Assembly: GCA_030704615.1 (NCBI GenBank) | Contig: CM060732.1 | Location: 10,106,001 to 10,170,000, forward strand | DNA length: 64,000 nucleotides | Direction of reading: 5' to 3' | From: Takakia lepidozioides | Lineage: Eukaryota; Plantae; Bryophyta | Shown here: positions 59,539 through 64,000 of the stretch, one piece after another | Layout: every line of letters begins with the position of its first letter | Numbering within the stretch: the stretch's first letter is position 1 | Notes under the pieces: model-generated | What the model was told of the DNA's origin: nothing | Databases searched by the model: none | What the model saw: the letters and a program-made list of their open reading frames with translations, nothing else | Program-made: the position numbers and the translations under genes

Positions 59539-62500
59539 TTTAATTTGCCTTCATCAAACTGTTCCTTCCTCTTCATTTGAATTCTGGTCATGTTATCAGC
59601 TGCATCAGCACGTACTTCTTCCACATGGTATAATTCATGTTTCCTGACCTTAATTGAATCTTCCAATTCCATTCTCTTTTCCCATTCCGTTCTCATGGTA
59701 GGTAACAAGAATTCCACTGGAAGTAAAGCTTCCATACCATAAACTAATTGGAATGGTGTATACTTAGTGGTGACTTTATATGAAGTCCTGTATGACCACA
59801 AAGCTGTTAGCAGCTTTGTATCCCAATCCGTTCTGTTTGCATTGACTATCCTAGCCAAGATAGTACATAGTATTTTGTTGGTAGCCTCCGTCTGCCCATT
59901 ACCCTGTGGGTAATACGTTGTACTCTTCCTATGCACAATCATGAACTCTTTAGTCAATAGTTCAATGGTCTCATTAATGAAGTGACTTCCCTGGTCACTG
60001 ATAAATTCCAAGGGACAGCCAAATTGTATAAGTATGTTCTCATACAGGAACCTTGCTGTGGACTTGGCTGTGTTGTCCCTCAGAGCTTAAGCTTCCACCC
60101 ACTTCGTAGTATAATCAGTGGCTGTGAATATATACTTGTTCTGTGTATTCTTGGCTGGTGGGTTAATTGGTCCAACAAAGTTTAGTACCCATTTCTGAAA
60201 TGGTTCAGTAGGCATTGTAGGATGCAAAGCCATCTTCCCAGATCTCTACAAAGGTCCTAGCCTCTGACATTCATCACAACTCTGACAATACTTGTGTACA
60301 TCTTTGAACAAAGTAGGCCACCAGTAACCTGCACGTAGTATCTTCCTACTGGTAGTCTCTTCTCCAAAATGTCCTCCAGCCACTCCTTTATGAACTTCCT
60401 CCAAAACTTTATTTACTTCATGGTGGTACAAGCATCGTTTAAGTACTCCATCTGGTCCTAGCTTATACATTCTGCCCCCTACCATAGTATAAGGTAAAGC
60501 CTTGATAGCGATTCTCTTCCTCTGCTCCTTACCATAACTAGGTGGGCACTGACCATGAGTAAGGTAGTATCTGATTGGCCACTGCCAATCTAACCATTCA
60601 TCTGCACTTCCTTGCACCTCCATTACAAATAAACTCGCATCAGGTAATTGATCGTCTACACCTGTGGCGGCCTCTCCTGTTGTTAGTCGTGACAAGTGAT
60701 CTGCCACAAGATGCAAATGGCTAGGCTTGTAAACAACTTCGAACTCAAACTCGTGCAAGATTATTAACCACCTCGCTATCCTTCCACTTATCAAAGGTTT
60801 GTTCACCAGATATATCAGAGCCTGGTGATCCACATAAAACATAAACTTTCTTCCCAATAGGTAATGCTTGAATTTCTTGACTGCATAAATCATTGCCAGT
60901 GCTTCTCTTTCAGTTGTGCTATAGTTCCTTTCAGCACTGTTCATCAACCTGCTAGCATAGTACACAGGTGAATCTATATTTCCTGTAACATTTTGGGCTA
61001 ACACCGCTCTCAACGCTTCTCTTGAGGCATCATAGTGAACATGAAATACTACTGTGAGGGTTAATCAGCACAGGTGTAGTTGTTACTGACAATGTAAGTT
61101 CCTCAAAAGCCTGTTGACATTCAGCTGTCCATGCAAACACTGCATCTTTCTTCATAAGCTTGCTCAATGGTGCTGCTATCTGTGCATACCTTTTGACAAA
61201 TCTTCTGTAATAACTGGTTTGTCCAAGGAATCTCCTTAGATTCTTAACATTTATTGGTGGTGGTGAGGCTTTAATGGCCTCTGTCTTCCTGGGATCCACA
61301 AGAAGTCCCCTCTTACACACAATGTGTCCCAGGAGCACCCTTGAGTTCACACAAAAAGTACACTTCTCTGGATTCAGGCCCAGACCTCTCATCCTGCATC
61401 TGGCCAGACATAACTCCAATTTATGCAAGTGCTCATTCTTAGAGCTGTACACACTGAAATCATCCAAGAACACCTGCATGAAATCATCCAGATACTCATG
61501 AAAAGATTCACTTGTCACTCTCTGAAAGGTTGCTGGTGCATTACAAAGTCCAAAGGGCATGACTTTGTATGCATAAGCACCCCAGTCTGTGATGAAAGCC
61601 GTCTTTCCCTGGTCTTCTTCTGCCACTTACACTTGATTATAACCACTGAAGCCATCCATGAATGAGTACATCTCATGGCCTGCCACAGTGTCGAATACCG
61701 CTTCTGTGAATGGCAAAGGGAAAGGATCTTTCTTCGTGCAAGCATTCAACTTCTTATAGTTCACACAAACTCTCAGTTTACCATTCTTCTTGGGAACTAT
61801 CATAATGGGTGACAACCAAGTTGTATACTCTATCGGGTATATAAACTTAGCCTCAGCCAACTTCTTGATCTCTTCTCCAACCTTCTGTGCATAGTTGGGA
61901 TTCATTCTGTACCTTGCTTGTTTGATTGCTACTGACCCTGGTTCCAAATTCAATCTTATGCTAACAGATCTCAGGTGGTATCCCTTTTAGATCCTCGTAG
62001 CTCCAAGCAAATACATCTCTGTATTTGATGAACAAACTCTTAGCTTCCTCAAAGAATTCTGGCTCCAAATCAGCCCCTACCTTCACCATCCTCGGTTCCT
62101 CTTCAGTTCCTACATTCACTTCTCTCACCTGCTCATCAGCTGTGATTGTCCAACCAATCACCACTTCATCCTGTAAACTCACAGTGGCTGGTTCCTCTAG
62201 GATTTCGATTTCTCCTTCTCTTTCTTCATAAAAATGTGGTGGATAACTGCTTATTTCACCTTCAAATGGTGTTGCTGTCACTACACCACAACAGATACCT
62301 TTTAAACAACTTAGGCCTTCCAGCTGCATCTCTGCAACCTGCTCCCACTCTGGGTGTGCAGCGAACAGGGTAGCTTCCCACTCCTCATCAAGTCCTCCCC
62401 TCCAGTCATACTCCCTGACCCCTCGAGGTCTTCTCGTAGCAGGTAATCTACTAGATTTCTTAGTGGTAATTTGTATCTTGTGCATCCCATTATGCACAGT

Positions 62501-64000
62501 TAGTAACTGGGAATTCCAGTCATGGAATACCTTGGCCTGTTTCAGCCACGGACGTCCCAACAATAAGGAGTAAGCTTCCATGACTTCATCCATTTTCAAC
62601 ACAGTTACTGTGATCATAAAGATCATCTTTTGAATCTGTATCTTAACTCCTCTTATCAATCCCAATGGCTGTACACTTCTTTGATCTGCCATTGTTACTG
62701 TAAATGGGGCTGGTTTCATGTTACTTAGACCAAGCTTCTGCCTTAATTGGTCTGTCATGATATTCACTCCAGAGCCTCCATCTATCAGTACATCAGTTAG
62801 TTCTGTGCTTCCAATTCTCAATTGGATTACTGGCATAGAATCATCAAAGTCCATGACTGTTTCTCGCCCTTCCGGCTTCACATTATAACTGGTCACCTTG
62901 CTGTTCAGGTTTGTGTTTCCTGTCTCCTGGGCAATTCGATTGATTGCTTGATACAGCCTGTGTCTACAATAAGGTGCCACAACCAATAGCTGTCCAATGG
63001 TAATCTCCGCTTTGGTCTGGCATATTACTTCAGCCAAAGTCCCTTCATTACTCTGCATGTCTGCAGCTTCTTTCTTCCTTTCCTCTTCACTCACTTCTTC
63101 TTCTCCATCAAAATCTGAGGAATCTGCCATAGGAATATCAGTACTCTTCTGCATTTCCCTTATGGTATCTGCCACTTCTTTGTGCAGTTCTTTCTCATCT
63201 CTCCAAGCCTCATCATCCTCAGGCACATCACTGCCATCTTCATTATCATCATCTTCCTCAACTACTGGAGGTATTAGTTTGGCTTTGCTTCTTGTTACTA
63301 TCATTGTACTTACTTCTGGTACAACACATAGCCTAACCATATGAGCTGCCACCACTGGCCCCTCATTCACAGGAGCTCTCATCTCATGCTGGTCCTTGAG
63401 GACCTGTTGTAGTTGTGGTGGATCTTCCACCCAGTGGTGGCCCCAGAGCACTCCCTGCTACTGGCCCCACGATATTCACAGTATTCCCAGCTCCAATTGC
63501 ACTACTTCCCACACTCCCTGTCCCCCCAGAGCCAGATCCAGGCTGCCCGCCTGATCCCCCTGAGCCGACACCTTCGTTGGCCTGTGATCCAAGTGCTCCA
63601 CTTGATCTAGGTCCAACGGATTGGGTTGTCCTAGTTGTAGTCTCCACCTCAGCTGTTGGGTCTACTTCTTCATACTCTTCATCTTCCAATTTCTTCTCTC
63701 TATTTTCATCCTCCAAGTTATGCCCTTGGGTTTCTTCTTCACTCATGTAACTCAACTGTAATGGTGTTGGAGAGTCTGAACTCTCCGTTGGCTCTGCCAC
63801 ATCCTCTCCTCCTTCTTCACCTTCTGTTTCAGAAACTGGAGTTCCTGCTTTTGGTGTTCCATGCCAACTCTTATCAAAGATTTCTGTCAAATCTTTTATC
63901 CATGGATGTACCTCAGATCTTTCACCTTGTGATTGATCTTCTTCCCGTACCAATTCCCTTAATCTTTCTTGCAAAGAAAAAGAAGGAGTGGCATCCAACT
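59539..64000 (-). mobile_element. Ty3/gypsy copy G2 (gag with internal deletion, PR, RT, RH, INT), continuing beyond the window
   Basis: LIDGGSG, FLDDF, ISDQGSHF, YYPQGNGQTE; near-identical to G1; stops and frameshifts. Confidence 0.95.

Overview
Eukaryotic, repeat-saturated DNA, most likely from a non-seed land plant (inference from PLS/DYW PPR genes, an F-box/kelch fragment, GT-AG introns and non-chromovirus Ty3/gypsy elements). No clearly intact host gene is present. Layout: (i) a ~120-bp satellite with an 8-mer higher-order repeat (60-2425); (ii) four members or remnants of one unusual Mutator-superfamily (MULE) DNA-transposon family (E1 2426-13473, EK ~13990-17400, E3 35777-38778, E2 48765-59538); (iii) a ~13-kb field of degenerate PPR(-DYW) genes, some with an OSB-type PDF motif at the N-terminus; (iv) two near-identical gypsy copies in tandem, carrying a TGT...ACA insertion with a 4-bp TSD and E2. 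The main discovery is the MULE family. E2 is fully bounded by 21-bp imperfect TIRs and a 9-bp TSD in a gypsy integrase. It carries a GCM-like/DDE/SWIM transposase and, divergently, a spliced gene with a ParB/Srx-like domain and a beta-class (N6A/N4C-type) DNA-methyltransferase-like domain. Between them lies an array of GGCGCC-centred palindromes whose arms are element-specific and whose spacings cluster near multiples of the helical repeat (about 42, 53, 63, 74, 85, 96 bp), reminiscent of a parS/ParB module. One relative (EK) has a protein kinase where the transposase would be. All copies here look disabled. All homology calls are from motif recognition by eye, not database searches.
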